Assembly (NCBI GenBank): GCA_963664015.2
Contig: CAXXLF010000001.1
Span: 256,001-320,000 of the forward strand
Source of the DNA: Candidatus Binatia bacterium
GTDB taxonomy: Bacteria; Desulfobacterota; Binatia; UBA9968; CAXXLF01
Direction of reading: 5' to 3'
Length of the DNA: 64,000 nt
The position numbers and the translations under genes were made by a program. Under the pieces are notes generated by a model. It searched no databases, was not told the origin of the DNA, and saw nothing but the letters and a program-made list of their open reading frames with translations. This document shows positions 18,861 through 29,305 of the stretch, one piece after another (position 1 is the stretch's first letter; every line of letters starts with the position of its first letter).

Positions 18861-20564
18861 TTACTTTTCTAGGCCGATCATAAATTTCCGGCCAAAGACC
18901 CTGCAACTAATGGCCAGGGTCACGAAAGCAAAGATCATAATCACGGCGAGAGCCGACACCGCCGGGAAACTTCCACTAATCCATAATTGGAGCATGTAAA
19001 TGGGAAGGATCAGAGAATCCGGGGCCCAAAGCACAGCCGCCTGGGAAGCAACTTTCGAAGAGAGCACGAACACATACAAACCACCCGCTAGCAGCGATGG
19101 CAAGACCAACGGGATCACTATTCTTTTTAACACCGAGATGAATCCAGAGCCGCTTACCGTAGCGGCCTCTTCCAGTTCCTTATGGAGCTGTCTCAACCCC
19201 GCATTGGTGAAGCGAGTCGCGATGGGAAGAAAGCTCACCAGGTAGATCAGAATTAAAATCCAAATGGTCCCGTAGATAGGATTCGGGAACGCGAGAAACA
19301 CGACCAGAAAGCTGAGACCCATGGCGATTCCCGGGATAGCATAGGGAATGAAGGCAACCGCATCGAGGATCCGGCTCCCCCTGCTCTTTCGTCGAACAGT
19401 CAGCCACGAGATAATCGTGGCCAATAAGATGCACCCTACGCTCACCGTAATACCCAGGATTAAGGTATTCTTTATGGAAAGAATAAATGCCGGATCCCTG
19501 AGGATAAGGCGATAGTTATCCAGGCTCAAACGAGACAGCGCTCTTATGGAAGGAACTTGATGGTAAGGTAATAAGGATTCCCAGCACAGGACCAAAAAGG
19601 GAAGGCCGATCGTGACAAGGAGGTAAAAAACAATAAACGCAGCAGCCAGGATGCGCCATTTACCCAGTGGGATCACCTTTGGCTTGAATCCCTTCCCAGT
19701 GATCGTCGCATACTGCTCCGCTTCAGACATTAGCTTTTGGTAAATAAGCAAGCCGACTACCCCGATAACGATCAGCACAATACTCAAGGCAAAGGCATGC
19801 CCATAGGCAGGAGGTTGAACCTCCCGAGCGGCAATATAGATATTGGTCGCAAAGACCTGGACACCGGAAGAGAGACCCATGATCAAAGGAACTTCAAAGG
19901 CCTCCATTCCCCGGATGAACTGGAGCAACCCCACTCCTGCCAGGGCAGGCATCATCAATCTGAGAGTGATCCCTTTTATGGTCTGCAATTTTCCCGCCCC
20001 ACATACAGTCGATGCCTCTTCCAAAGAGGGATCCATAGAACGCAGACTGGCACCCAGCATCAAAAAAGTGAGGGGGGTCATGGACAGCCCTTGGACCCAA
20101 AACATAGATGTCACTGTGTAGGCATTGAAGATCTTACCCATACCCATCCCTTGGGTAATGTTATTCAGGATTCCGTTGTTTGGTTCCAGTAGGAATACCC
20201 AACCGATGGCCTTTACCATACTCGGGAGGATCAATGGGACGAACATCAGGCCGTAGGTTTGGTTGCGCAGTGGAGCATCGGTGCGTTCCACAAGGAAGGC
20301 GATGATGCCGCCAAAAAAAAACGCCACAACCATAGAGCCGATAGCGAGGAACAGGCTGTCAAAGAGCATGCTCAGGGAGCTAGGGTCCCCCAAGGACTCC
20401 CTGAAATTTTCGAGGGTGAGGTTGTCCAAACGCCAATCGGAAAGAACACTTGCGCCTTCTGGCTTCAAGCTGCTCAAGAGCAAGAAAAAGGGTGGGATCA
20501 GAGACAAGGCCGCTACAAGAGCGACCATACACCCAAGGAATATACTTTCACTCTTGATCTTCAT
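18861..20564 (-). CDS. ABC transporter permease (FbpB/ThiP-like, two TM modules)
   Basis: Two EAA loops (SLEEASTVCGA, ELEEAATVSGS); highly hydrophobic. Confidence 0.92.
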   Translation of the reverse strand: MKIKSESIFLGCMVALVAALSLIPPFFLLLSSLKPEGASVLSDWRLDNLTLENFRESLGDPSSLSMLFDSLFLAIGSMVVAFFFGGIIAFLVERTDAPLRNQTYGLMFVPLILPSMVKAIGWVFLLEPNNGILNNITQGMGMGKIFNAYTVTSMFWVQGLSMTPLTFLMLGASLRSMDPSLEEASTVCGAGKLQTIKGITLRLMMPALAGVGLLQFIRGMEAFEVPLIMGLSSGVQVFATNIYIAAREVQPPAYGHAFALSIVLIVIGVVGLLIYQKLMSEAEQYATITGKGFKPKVIPLGKWRILAAAFIVFYLLVTIGLPFLVLCWESLLPYHQVPSIRALSRLSLDNYRLILRDPAFILSIKNTLILGITVSVGCILLATIISWLTVRRKSRGSRILDAVAFIPYAIPGIAMGLSFLVVFLAFPNPIYGTIWILILIYLVSFLPIATRFTNAGLRQLHKELEEAATVSGSGFISVLKRIVIPLVLPSLLAGGLYVFVLSSKVASQAAVLWAPDSLILPIYMLQLWISGSFPAVSALAVIMIFAFVTLAISCRVFGRKFMIGLEK

Positions 20565-20681
20565 CCCGGTAGACCATTAGTAACCTGGAACTCAATCTGT
20601 GCAGTACGCAACTCTGGGACTGAGGGGGATCGTCTCCATGAACCGACAGGACTCGTGACTAGCCGCTAGGCGATCCCCCCG

Positions 20682-20709
20682 AAATGACCAGTGGGCTCAC
20701 TGGTCATTT
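20682..20709. terminator. Intergenic stem-loop between binding-protein and permease genes (terminator or mRNA stabiliser)
   Basis: Perfect 12-bp inverted repeat AAATGACCAGTG-GGCT-CACTGGTCATTT; a second stem pairs 20624-20635 with 20668-20679. Confidence 0.6.
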
Positions 20710-20729
20710 ATGCAGAACGCTATGGGTTA

Positions 20730-21800
20730 TTATTTCTTTTTCCCTCTTCGGACCCCAAGAGTGGTAGACCACCAATTAGTGGCTTTCTTGGCGTTCGCTT
20801 TAGTCGCCAATGCAAGAGGGAGGATCTCATACTCGAGTCCGATCTCTTTCATTTTCCGACCCGCTATGGTTTTCCCTTGAAGCTGAGGGTCCACGGGCGG
20901 AACCGCGTGGGCATCGGAGTAATCAACCATCCCCTGTTCCGACGTGAGATACTCGATCAGAAGCCTGGAGGCGTTGGGATGGCTTACCATGCGTGGCTGG
21001 GTGATGCATCGAGTGGAGCCGACCGTCTTTCCGACTCGAACGAAATCTATGGGGGCGCCTTTTGCCTGGTACTGTATCCCCTCGTTGAAAACATTGAGCA
21101 AAAGGATCGCGTAGGACCCTCCCACCAGGAGCTCATTGGGCCCTTTGAAGCCACGGCTTACACGCGGCTTACTGTTTCGGATCACCTCACCCCAGTAGTC
21201 AAAGGAGGCCTCCCAGTTCAACGTATTCTCCTGTGTCCGGAGCTGATAGGCGGTCATGAGCGGAAAGCTGGCCCCCGAAGAAGAAATCAAGGCCTGACCT
21301 GGTCCCCATGTAGGCTTTCTCATATCATCCCATGACTTGGGCGCTTTGTCCCTCGGTAAAAGTTCCGGATTATAGGTCGGGAGATAGAGCTGGACAGTAA
21401 TGTTTCTCCAATAGTTATGCTTGGGCTGATGAGGCCAGCGGTTAACACGATCTGGCCAATCAAACTTACCCAAAGCATTGGCAGCCTTCAGGCGAGGCAA
21501 TTGCCGGAGGCTTGTGATTACCACATCGGCGGACTTTTTATTGACCTTGGACTCTTCAATAACCTTGTTTGCCAATGGCGTGCTAAAAGAGGACCAAACC
21601 TTTACTTTGATTTCGGGATAGAGCTTCCGGAACCCTCGAAGAACTTTTTCCTCATTGCGCAAGGCGGTGATCCATAACACCACCTCCCCTTCCTTTTTTG
21701 CCTTCTCGATGGTTTTCTGATCGGCGCCCTGGACCGCGAAGGGAATCAAAAACAAACTCAGTAGCGTAGCAGTCAGGAATAATCCAAATTGTTTTTTCAT
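20730..21800 (-). CDS. ABC transporter substrate-binding protein (Fe3+/thiamine/polyamine-like class)
   Basis: Signal peptide, AKKEGEVVLW, APKSWDD, HPNASRLLIEYLTSEQG. Confidence 0.9.
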   Translation of the reverse strand: MKKQFGLFLTATLLSLFLIPFAVQGADQKTIEKAKKEGEVVLWITALRNEEKVLRGFRKLYPEIKVKVWSSFSTPLANKVIEESKVNKKSADVVITSLRQLPRLKAANALGKFDWPDRVNRWPHQPKHNYWRNITVQLYLPTYNPELLPRDKAPKSWDDMRKPTWGPGQALISSSGASFPLMTAYQLRTQENTLNWEASFDYWGEVIRNSKPRVSRGFKGPNELLVGGSYAILLLNVFNEGIQYQAKGAPIDFVRVGKTVGSTRCITQPRMVSHPNASRLLIEYLTSEQGMVDYSDAHAVPPVDPQLQGKTIAGRKMKEIGLEYEILPLALATKANAKKATNWWSTTLGVRRGKKK

Positions 21801-21859
21801 AATGCCCCCTAAAATATTTTTTACTTCTCAAGGTTCCACAACCTTTGTAAGACCCTCGC

Positions 21860-21923
21860 ATTGTTATTATAGATCCGATTCAGTGTCAAGCAATAACATG
21901 ATCCCGTGAGAATCATATTATTG
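21860..21923 (-). promoter_or_regulatory. Putative promoter (-35 TTGACA) with adjacent palindromic operator
   Basis: Minus-strand TTGACA at 21889-21884; inverted repeat CAATAACATGAT-N9-ATCATATTATTG (21891-21923, 11/12 match); -10 spacing not ideal. Confidence 0.45.
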
Positions 21924-21978
21924 TTTCTTTTCAATATCTTAAAAGGCAATGGAGCTTAAATACCGGCGGCCGCGGCGT

Positions 21979-22665
21979 TTAGTTGTTACCACTCTCTAAC
22001 TTATGGGTGAACCCGATTTGATCAAACGGGTTCACTACGCTGGTAGCGACATTACGAAGATGAGCATTGATGCGTTTTAGATAGCGGTAATACAATGCCA
22101 ACGAAGCTGCATCATTGCTTGGGATTTCTTTATCCGTACCTTTAATGTAATCAATAACACGTTGATCGCAAAGCCGACTCACCCACTGGTAATCGCCAAG
22201 GAGCTTCTCCGCGCCCTTGGCGTCCGACGCCTCAAAAATATTCCGCACCTGTCTAAAGCTATCTTCAACCGCAACTTCGATCTTTCTTAGATCCTCTTCA
22301 AACATTCCTCCATGCAACCGGGCCGGGTGGTTCATGGCCAATTCCACGATATTCTTTGTGTAGTCTCCAACCCGCTCAATATCGATAATAATGCTCACCA
22401 AGAGTAACCCCGAGTTGATATCCGCCGCCCCCGCCACGGTTAGATGGCTCAACACATTCCGGCGCACCTCCCGCTCGTATTTATTGACCTCAATATCCCG
22501 TTCGTAAATGTCGATATCGAGTTGACTGATATCCATTTCCCGCAAGGATATTTTGGCTTTGACAAACATCTCATGGGTAATGTCCACCATCTGGTATGAG
22601 CGCTTGTAAGCCCTATCGAGAAGCGTGTCTTTGCTAAAAATTGCGAATAATTCTTTAAGTATCAT
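21979..22665 (-). CDS. PhoU-domain phosphate transport regulator
   Basis: DIEVNKYEREVRR, DIERVGDY, YLKRINAHLRNVATSVVNPF; directly downstream of Na/Pi transporter. Confidence 0.88.
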   Translation of the reverse strand: MILKELFAIFSKDTLLDRAYKRSYQMVDITHEMFVKAKISLREMDISQLDIDIYERDIEVNKYEREVRRNVLSHLTVAGAADINSGLLLVSIIIDIERVGDYTKNIVELAMNHPARLHGGMFEEDLRKIEVAVEDSFRQVRNIFEASDAKGAEKLLGDYQWVSRLCDQRVIDYIKGTDKEIPSNDAASLALYYRYLKRINAHLRNVATSVVNPFDQIGFTHKLESGNN

Positions 22666-22673
22666 AGATCACC

Positions 22674-23762
22674 TCACTGAAAAAAGATGATTACGGCTAT
22701 GGGTAAAAGGAAAAAGACCGTAATAATGTAGAGAAATGGGACAATTCGGTTGATTACTGCCCACTCGGAAACTCTCCTGGACAAGGACAGAGGCAAACTT
22801 CTAAGCGGCCACCATATCACGATTCCTGTAATATTGAAGAGCAGGTGCACAAATGCGACGACCACGGCCTTAGGGTTCTCGGTAGCCAGGGCGGCCAATA
22901 TGGCGGTAAACGTGGTCCCGACATTGGCCCCAAGCGTATAAGGGAAGATCTGTTCAAGGCTCAAGATGCCGGCACCGGCCATAGGGATAATTAAACTCGT
23001 AGTGATGGAACTGCTCTGGGCTAAAATCGTGAGAAGCAGGCCAACAATAAAACCTCTCATCGCAGTCTTGAATAGAACCTGGTCAAACCACACCTCTGCC
23101 CTTTTAACCGCGAGCACTCTAAGAACGCTCACTAAACGATTGAGAGATAAAAAGAGTAAAACTAGAGACAAGGCAAGAAGAACCCAGGGGTAGGCTTCGA
23201 ACCAGTGGACCAGGAGATTGACTAAGGGCTTCGTAGCAGACCTGACGGGATTGAAGAGCTTCATACCGCCGGAATGTTGAAATTTATCCGCCATGTGCGT
23301 CGCGGCAATGCCAAGAAAATTGGTCATGGATTGCAGCGGAAAAATGACCAATACGGAGAGCAGGTTAAAAAAATCGTGGACGGTAGAAGCGGCAAAGCAA
23401 CGACGAAACTCTTGAGATCGATTAATATGCGCCAAGGAGACCAACGTATTCGTCACCGAAGTACCGATATTGGCTCCCATGATGATCGGTATAGCGTTGG
23501 GAACGCTAAGGACATTACTACCGACCATCGCAACAACGATGGAAGTAGTCGAGGACGAACTCTGAATCAAAGAGGTAGCCAGAATACCAATGAACAGTCC
23601 CACCAATGGCACAGATGTTGTGGCAATCATGGTTTCGGCAAAGCCCTTGCCAAACATCTTCAAGGCCACACCCATCAGAGCCACACTGGTCAGAAACAAA
23701 TAGAGGAAGAGAAACAGCAACAGGAGAGGAATAATAGTGGTTTTGACTGTCTTGCGATCCAT
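22674..23762 (-). CDS. Na+/Pi cotransporter (NptA/SLC34-like)
   Basis: Two QSSS motifs and two GANxGT motifs (GANIGT, GANVGT). Confidence 0.93.
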   Translation of the reverse strand: MDRKTVKTTIIPLLLLFLFLYLFLTSVALMGVALKMFGKGFAETMIATTSVPLVGLFIGILATSLIQSSSSTTSIVVAMVGSNVLSVPNAIPIIMGANIGTSVTNTLVSLAHINRSQEFRRCFAASTVHDFFNLLSVLVIFPLQSMTNFLGIAATHMADKFQHSGGMKLFNPVRSATKPLVNLLVHWFEAYPWVLLALSLVLLFLSLNRLVSVLRVLAVKRAEVWFDQVLFKTAMRGFIVGLLLTILAQSSSITTSLIIPMAGAGILSLEQIFPYTLGANVGTTFTAILAALATENPKAVVVAFVHLLFNITGIVIWWPLRSLPLSLSRRVSEWAVINRIVPFLYIITVFFLLPIAVIIFFQ

Positions 23763-23837
23763 TCTTATTTACGGCTTCTTTCCTGAAGACTCGCTTCTCA
23801 ACTCATGGACCATCCAACCATGGGTCAACTATGACTC

Positions 23838-23882
23838 TGGTGCGCCCGGAGGGATTCGAACCCCCAGCCTACAGATCCGTAG
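23838..23882 (-). repeat. att site: duplicated 3' part of tRNA-Arg(ACG)
   Basis: 45-bp exact direct repeat of 32606-32650, from the anticodon loop to CCA. Confidence 0.96.
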
Positions 23883-23978
23883 ATTGCTGGAACCAGTAAT
23901 GGGATGCACTGAGGGGGAATAGAAGTCTTGATTTGCAATGACTCGTTCCCTGTCAGTCCATGTGCTTTTATCACAGTC

Positions 23979-24162
23979 TGGTAGCAAAGTGGTAGCAAGA
24001 ATATTTCACAAACGACTTCCCCAAAATTCTGAAACGAATACCGGGGAGCCGTGTAAATGGACGAATGGGTGACTCGATGGCCTACAGATACCTTCTTTGT
24101 GGATGCTTAAAATCACTTGCAAACTCAGTGGGTTATTCTCACCTGCTACCAGTCTGCTACCA
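23979..24162. repeat. Candidate integrase arm-type sites, left end
   Basis: TGGTAGCAA at 23979 and 23990; inverted CTGCTACCA at 24143 and 24154; same motif three times at 32528-32557. Confidence 0.7.
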
Positions 24163-24610
24163 TCATGTAGGGAAGGCGCATGAGCAATAATCCCAAGCGT
24201 GGCAGAAGCGTTCCCCCAGGAAACAGAACCGCTCTCCAGCATGGGCTTCATACCTATAGAGTGAGACTGAACGGCGATAGGTTGGACCGAAGATCTGGGC
24301 TGTCACGGTCTGGATGAAGTCGGATGGCCACAGCATCCACCACAACGGACAAAGTACCCCAGGCGGGGGAGGGTCGATGTCGAGTGAGGTGAATGAGAGA
24401 TCCTGGATGAGTCCCGCCAAGAAAATTTTACTATATTTTCACACGAAGCGATGGGCGTCCCTGGAGTTGAAGCGGGCCTTGTCACACGATATCCCCGACT
24501 TTGCCTTACGGTCCTTCTAAGCCCCCTCAGAAGCCAACTCATTAAATGTCACTTTTGGATAGGCTCAGACCCGCTCTGGGCTTGGGTTTACTCGGTGTTA
24601 GACAGCCAGG

Positions 24611-24690
24611 ACGCAATTAATGAGCTAATTAAATGCGTCTTGCCGGTCATTGGGTAAGGAAACAGCGGCCCAATGTGGACCGCCGCCTTC
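24611..24690. repeat. 80-bp unit 1: 28-bp palindromic site plus hairpin
   Basis: ACGCAATTAAT-GAGCTA-ATTAAATGCGT then GGTCATTGGG..AACAGCGGCCC..GGACCGCCGCCTTC; homologous to 31144-31223. Confidence 0.8.
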
Positions 24691-24718
24691 GTTAGCTGCG
24701 CGCAAATTGGAGGTCTAT

Positions 24719-26380
24719 CTATTTCTTGTGGATTACAATGCTGCCGCCGCCCAATCCAGTCGCATCATCCCCGGTGTCAGGAGCCTCCAGCTTGTTGTCA
24801 TAGACTATTATGTCAGTTGCTGTGTTCTAAATCTTGATACGAAATCTATCAACTCCACCACCGCCAGCGATGGCTCCGTCAATTGCCGTTAGCATAAAAC
24901 CGTAGTTATCACCTCCATTGATGGTACCGACACCCTTGAATTGAGCACGAGCACCGGCCACGACCAACCACTCGTAGGTGTTCGAGTGGAAGTTCAGGTC
25001 TGCAACTTTGAACTGAAACTCGGTCACGCCAGTCGGGGTGTGGGCGCCCTTCTTGTACTTTGATACAAACCCGAAGTTCGCCTTGCCTGTGAGCGATGGA
25101 TTAGGGGTGTAGCCTCCCCAGGGAGAGTTGATCCAACCACCGCCGGTGATAAAACCAGCGATCGGATCGTAAACGGCGAGCAATACACACGTTTCATTGC
25201 CAGTGTTACCTGATGCATCAGTTCCAGATACACAGATTGTGTGAACGCCAGTGGATGTAAACCCGGATAGAATTGATGTCACTGCCTCGACAACGTCATC
25301 GAAGCTACCATCCCGCGCGGTCATTGGAACTGAAGCTGCACCGTCAATTATGTAGCTGGCAGCGGCGATGGTCGAGCCTCCCGTGCCCCAATCGTCGACA
25401 TCGGCGATCAGTCTGACATCGGTATTCACAACAGCTGGGTTTGCGGTAGCCAAGACGGCAGCGGTCTCCGGACCTTCATCGTCTGCCACCAACGAGAAGA
25501 CATATGCTGCTCCGGTTATCCGGGTGGGTGAACTAGCGTGGTCATGGGTGTGCGCACCAATTAGGGCCGTATTGCCGCTCATCGCTACGCCGATTCCGAA
25601 GCGGCTACCCTCGTGCGAATCGCTTGCGGTGAATTTGGCTTCCCTGGCCCAAGTACTGCCGCTAGGGACAAAGGAATAGACAGCGCCGGTATAGTTGTCT
25701 TCTCCTTCGCCGGCAGCCCCAATCAAAGCCCGGTCGCCATATAGCGCGAGCCCAAAGAAACTCAACGATCCGAACTGAGCTGGATCGCCTAAGAACTTCT
25801 GTGGTTCCACCCATTCCGTGCCATCGAACTCGAACACGTAGGCAGAGCCACTGGAATCGCCATTGCCGTCGCCGTTATCGTTTATGCTACCAATGATCGC
25901 CGTGCCGCCGTTGAGGCCGACACACTCGCCGAGCCTGTCGTTGGCTGCGGCGTCACTAGGAGTGAGCTTTTGCACTTCACTCCACGTCGCCCCGTCGAAA
26001 GTGAATACGTAGGCGGCTTCACCGCCGAATCCGGTACCGATGATCGCTGTGTTGCCATCGAGAGCTACGAAGAATCCAAACCGATCGAACGCAGCACCGT
26101 CGCTGGCAGTGAGTTTCTGCACTTGAGTCCAATTCGTTCCATCGAACGTAAACACGTAAGCGGAGCCGGTTGCCTCTCCGTTGTCAGTATCTCCACTAGC
26201 GCCAATCACAACCCCCTCGCCGTCGAGCGCGACTGAACGACCAAAAACATCAAAGGTCTCACCATCGTTGCCCAACATTTCTGCCAGCTCCGTTGGGGGC
26301 TCGGCCTTCGCAGTATTCACATAGAAACCGTTCAGGACAAGCATGATTGCGGCTATCGGGATAAGAGCCTTGATAGTCAT
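24719..26380 (-). pseudogene. Secreted FG-GAP (integrin-alpha-like) repeat protein with C-terminal beta domain, one in-frame TAG near the 3' end
   Basis: AAGGAGG RBS and signal peptide; five FG..VA..G...IIGA repeats; TAG at 24827-24829 followed in frame by 35 codons (NTATDIIVYDN...LGGGSIVIHKK). Confidence 0.8.
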
Positions 26381-26529
26381 GGACACCTCCTTGAGGAACA
26401 TCTCTGTCACTCTGCTGGGCCTCACATCGAGCAAGCTGGTTGTTTAGAGCAAAGGGGGAGGTCTTATTGGCGGATAGCGCCCCAATATCACCGTGAGAAA
26501 TAGTGTCAAGGGGCTAAAGTTTCGACACG

Positions 26530-26562
26530 ACGCAATTAAACGACGCTTTAATTGATTCCTAC
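26530..26562. repeat. Site 2: 28-bp palindromic site, 33-bp direct repeat with site 3
   Basis: ACGCAATTAAA-CGACGC-TTTAATTGATT-CCTAC; 31/33 identical to 31144-31176. Confidence 0.85.
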
Positions 26563-26568
26563 CTCAGA

Positions 26569-26598
26569 TTGACATAACAGCCCGTTATCGAGTATTGT
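26569..26598 (+). promoter_or_regulatory. Putative sigma70 promoter just inside site 2
   Basis: TTGACA-N18-TATTGT. Confidence 0.4.
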
Positions 26599-27279
26599 TC
26601 CCAAGGCTCGAAAAGCGAGTTTCTACCAGAGACACGGGAGCCTGGCTGCTTTGCTACGATGGTCGTCGCTGGCTATCTTCGAAAGCAGGCACCACGGAGC
26701 CGCGTGCGGCAATTTTTGATTTTCGCGCGGCCTCATTCGCAGGAGATGGCATTTGGAGGCCCCCACGCGCCCCGGCTCACAGTCCGATCGCTCGGGTATG
26801 CTTGCTCCCTGTTGAAAGCCGCCCTCATCCGATATAATCGGGGTAGCTTCTCGAACGAAGACCAACAACGAAGCCCCAGACAATACGATCCGGGCGCGTT
26901 TTTCACGTTCGACCCGATGGTGACGGGGGCAGCATCCGTCGTCTCTGGAGCTGTCGCGCTGCTTGGGAAGTGCTGGAGAACTCCAGCCAAATGTCAAGGC
27001 CGTGTTTCCGCGCCAGTTCGATATTCAAACGGCCTTCGAGTTTGCTTGTATCGACACGGCGGTCATAGACGTGCGCGTCCCGAGCCCCAGCAGTACGGAG
27101 GCCGGCCGTTGGCGAGTTGGACACGGAAACCAACGCGGCTTTTGGAAACCATCCAAGCAAGCCGCGTCAGGGATTGGAGTGGGACAAGCCAATGTGGTTC
27201 TTTCGTGTCAATGGGGCAAAATGGTGGAGGCCCGAAGTAGACCTCGCATTGTTTCCGTTCACTCAACCGAAAGCGAGAG

Positions 27280-28215
27280 GTGATGACCATATTTGACAGT
27301 AAGATCGATCGGGTATCGACGGCGGTATTACTTGCTGCTGGCACTGGAAGCCGACTTCAGCCGATAACGGATAACGCACCGAAGTGCCTGACCGAAATCA
27401 ACGGGGTGACCATACTTGAACGACAGCTCCATGGCTTGCGCCAGCAAGGCTTCAGGCGGCTGGTCGTAGTTTTAGGCTACATGGGTGATTGTATCCGTGA
27501 ATTCTTGGTAGATCATGCCGCCGGTCTGACGGTTGACTACGTTACCAATCCGCGGTATCGGACGACCAATAACCTTTACTCGCTGTGGCTCGCTCGAAAG
27601 GAAGTTCGTGAGCCTTTTCTGCTGGTTGAGTGTGATCTTGTTTTCGACGCGTCCTTGCTGGGAGACATGCTTCATCCCAACAAGATCGCCGTCTCGCAGA
27701 GGCGGGCCTGGATGAATGGCACGACGGTCACGGTGGACCCTTCCCAGCGGGTTACGACTGTGCAGGTCGGTGGCAGTGCGATTCCCAACAACTTCAGCTA
27801 CAAGACGGTTAATATTTGCAGCCTCTCGATGGCATCGTGGCAGCGTGTCCACGAACGATTGACCCGGCGCGTTTTAGCAGGCAGAGTGAACGAGTATTAT
27901 GAGGCCGTGTTCGCGGACATGGTCGCGGACGGCAGCCTTTCTTTTGATGCTGTTTTTTTTGATCCCGACCGTTGGCACGAGGTAGACACCCTCGGGGATC
28001 TGCACGAATGCGAACGGCTGTTCTCGATGCATCCTGATCAAATACCACATCGGGTGAGCATAGCCACCTCTGGAACCCGAACGTTCCGCCGAATTCCCCA
28101 AAGTCGGACAAGCCCGTTCGCCGCGGTTGGTGCAGTCCCGAATTCACAACGGGAGAAGTTAGACCCAGGAGACCAATCCGCCATTGCTAAAAAACATGAC
28201 CTATCTCGATCGTGA
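27280..28215 (+). CDS. Nucleotidyltransferase, phosphocholine cytidylyltransferase (LicC)-like
   Basis: AVLLAAGTGSRL..PKCL, NPRYRTTNNLYSL, WHEVDTLGDL. Confidence 0.88.
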   Translation: MMTIFDSKIDRVSTAVLLAAGTGSRLQPITDNAPKCLTEINGVTILERQLHGLRQQGFRRLVVVLGYMGDCIREFLVDHAAGLTVDYVTNPRYRTTNNLYSLWLARKEVREPFLLVECDLVFDASLLGDMLHPNKIAVSQRRAWMNGTTVTVDPSQRVTTVQVGGSAIPNNFSYKTVNICSLSMASWQRVHERLTRRVLAGRVNEYYEAVFADMVADGSLSFDAVFFDPDRWHEVDTLGDLHECERLFSMHPDQIPHRVSIATSGTRTFRRIPQSRTSPFAAVGAVPNSQREKLDPGDQSAIAKKHDLSRS

Positions 28216-29305
28216 ATCCCAGGAGCAAAAATACGAATTCATCACCGGCCAGCATGGCGGTTACTGGCGTCATGATTTCGTCGACCATGCCTATCTCTAC
28301 AATCTCTATTTCCCTCCGGATGCACTGCTGGCTTATTTTGGAAACCACCTGCGAGAACTGGTTCTAAATTATCCTGTTGCCCAGGACGTTCTTGCCGGTC
28401 TGGTCGGCACGTTGATCGGACAACCATCTGAACGGATTGTCGTTGGCAACGGTGCCTCGGAACTAATCAAGGTCATCTCGTGCAATCTCTCAGGTCAATT
28501 GATCGTCCCGGTACCCTCGTTTAACGAATACGTCAACGCAGCTCCAACGGATCGGGCTATCGAGTTTCCCCTTGGGCCGCCCAAATTTGAGTTGGAAGTC
28601 GACCAGTTTGCCGCCCAGGCCGCTCGCTGCAAGGCCGAGGTTGCCATCGTGGTAACGCCGAACAACCCGACATCGCTTGTCGTGCCAAGGACCGACCTAC
28701 TCCGCCTGGCAAAGAGCCTTGCCGGCCATGAATGCACACTGATCGTTGACGAATCCTTCATTGATTTTGCCCCCCATCGCGAACAGTTGACGCTGGAGCG
28801 AGACATCGAGCACCATCCTAACCTAGCTGTCATCAAGAGCATGAGCAAAGCCTACGGCATCTGCGGACTACGCATCGGCTATTTGCTCACCGCCAACAGC
28901 GAACTTGCCGAGACGATTCGCGGCCGGATTCCGATCTGGAACATCAACGGCTTTGCCGAGGCGTTTCTTCGTCACGTGCCGAAGTACCGCCTGGAGTTCA
29001 GTGAAAGCTGCCGGCAGGTTGCGGCCGATCGGGACGCTCTTTATCGGCAGTTGTGTACGGTTTCCGGGATGACCGCCTACCGGCCCACCGCAAACTTTAT
29101 TTTCTGTCGTCTTCCCAACGGGGCTGCCAGCAGTCCCGAGGTGACCCGCCGTCTGTTCGTCGAGCACAACATCTACGTAAAACACTGCCAGGGCAAAACG
29201 CTCCCCGACGGCGACCGCTATCTTCGAATTGCCAGCCGCACTCAGCCTGAGAATGTGAAACTGGTCGAAGCGTTGAAAGATATCATCGGCCCGAAAGATC
29301 ACTGA
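28196..29305 (+). CDS. PLP-dependent class I/II aminotransferase-fold enzyme (HisC/CobD-like)
   Basis: VVGNGASELI, PNNPTS, VDESFIDF, KSMSKAYGICGLRIGY (PLP Lys), ANFI. Confidence 0.9.
   Translation: MTYLDRESQEQKYEFITGQHGGYWRHDFVDHAYLYNLYFPPDALLAYFGNHLRELVLNYPVAQDVLAGLVGTLIGQPSERIVVGNGASELIKVISCNLSGQLIVPVPSFNEYVNAAPTDRAIEFPLGPPKFELEVDQFAAQAARCKAEVAIVVTPNNPTSLVVPRTDLLRLAKSLAGHECTLIVDESFIDFAPHREQLTLERDIEHHPNLAVIKSMSKAYGICGLRIGYLLTANSELAETIRGRIPIWNINGFAEAFLRHVPKYRLEFSESCRQVAADRDALYRQLCTVSGMTAYRPTANFIFCRLPNGAASSPEVTRRLFVEHNIYVKHCQGKTLPDGDRYLRIASRTQPENVKLVEALKDIIGPKDH

Noticed and set aside
24536-24563. AACTCATTAAA as a possible fourth cassette site
   Set aside because: Only one gapped half-arm matches and there is no inverted partner at 6-bp spacing
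24611-24622. ACGCAATTAATG matches the lac promoter region of cloning vectors
   Set aside because: Only 12 nt match, flanks are unrelated, and it belongs to a native three-copy palindrome family
26595-27344. ORFs of 80-193 aa in several frames
   Set aside because: No recognisable motifs or RBS and mutually overlapping; not called as genes
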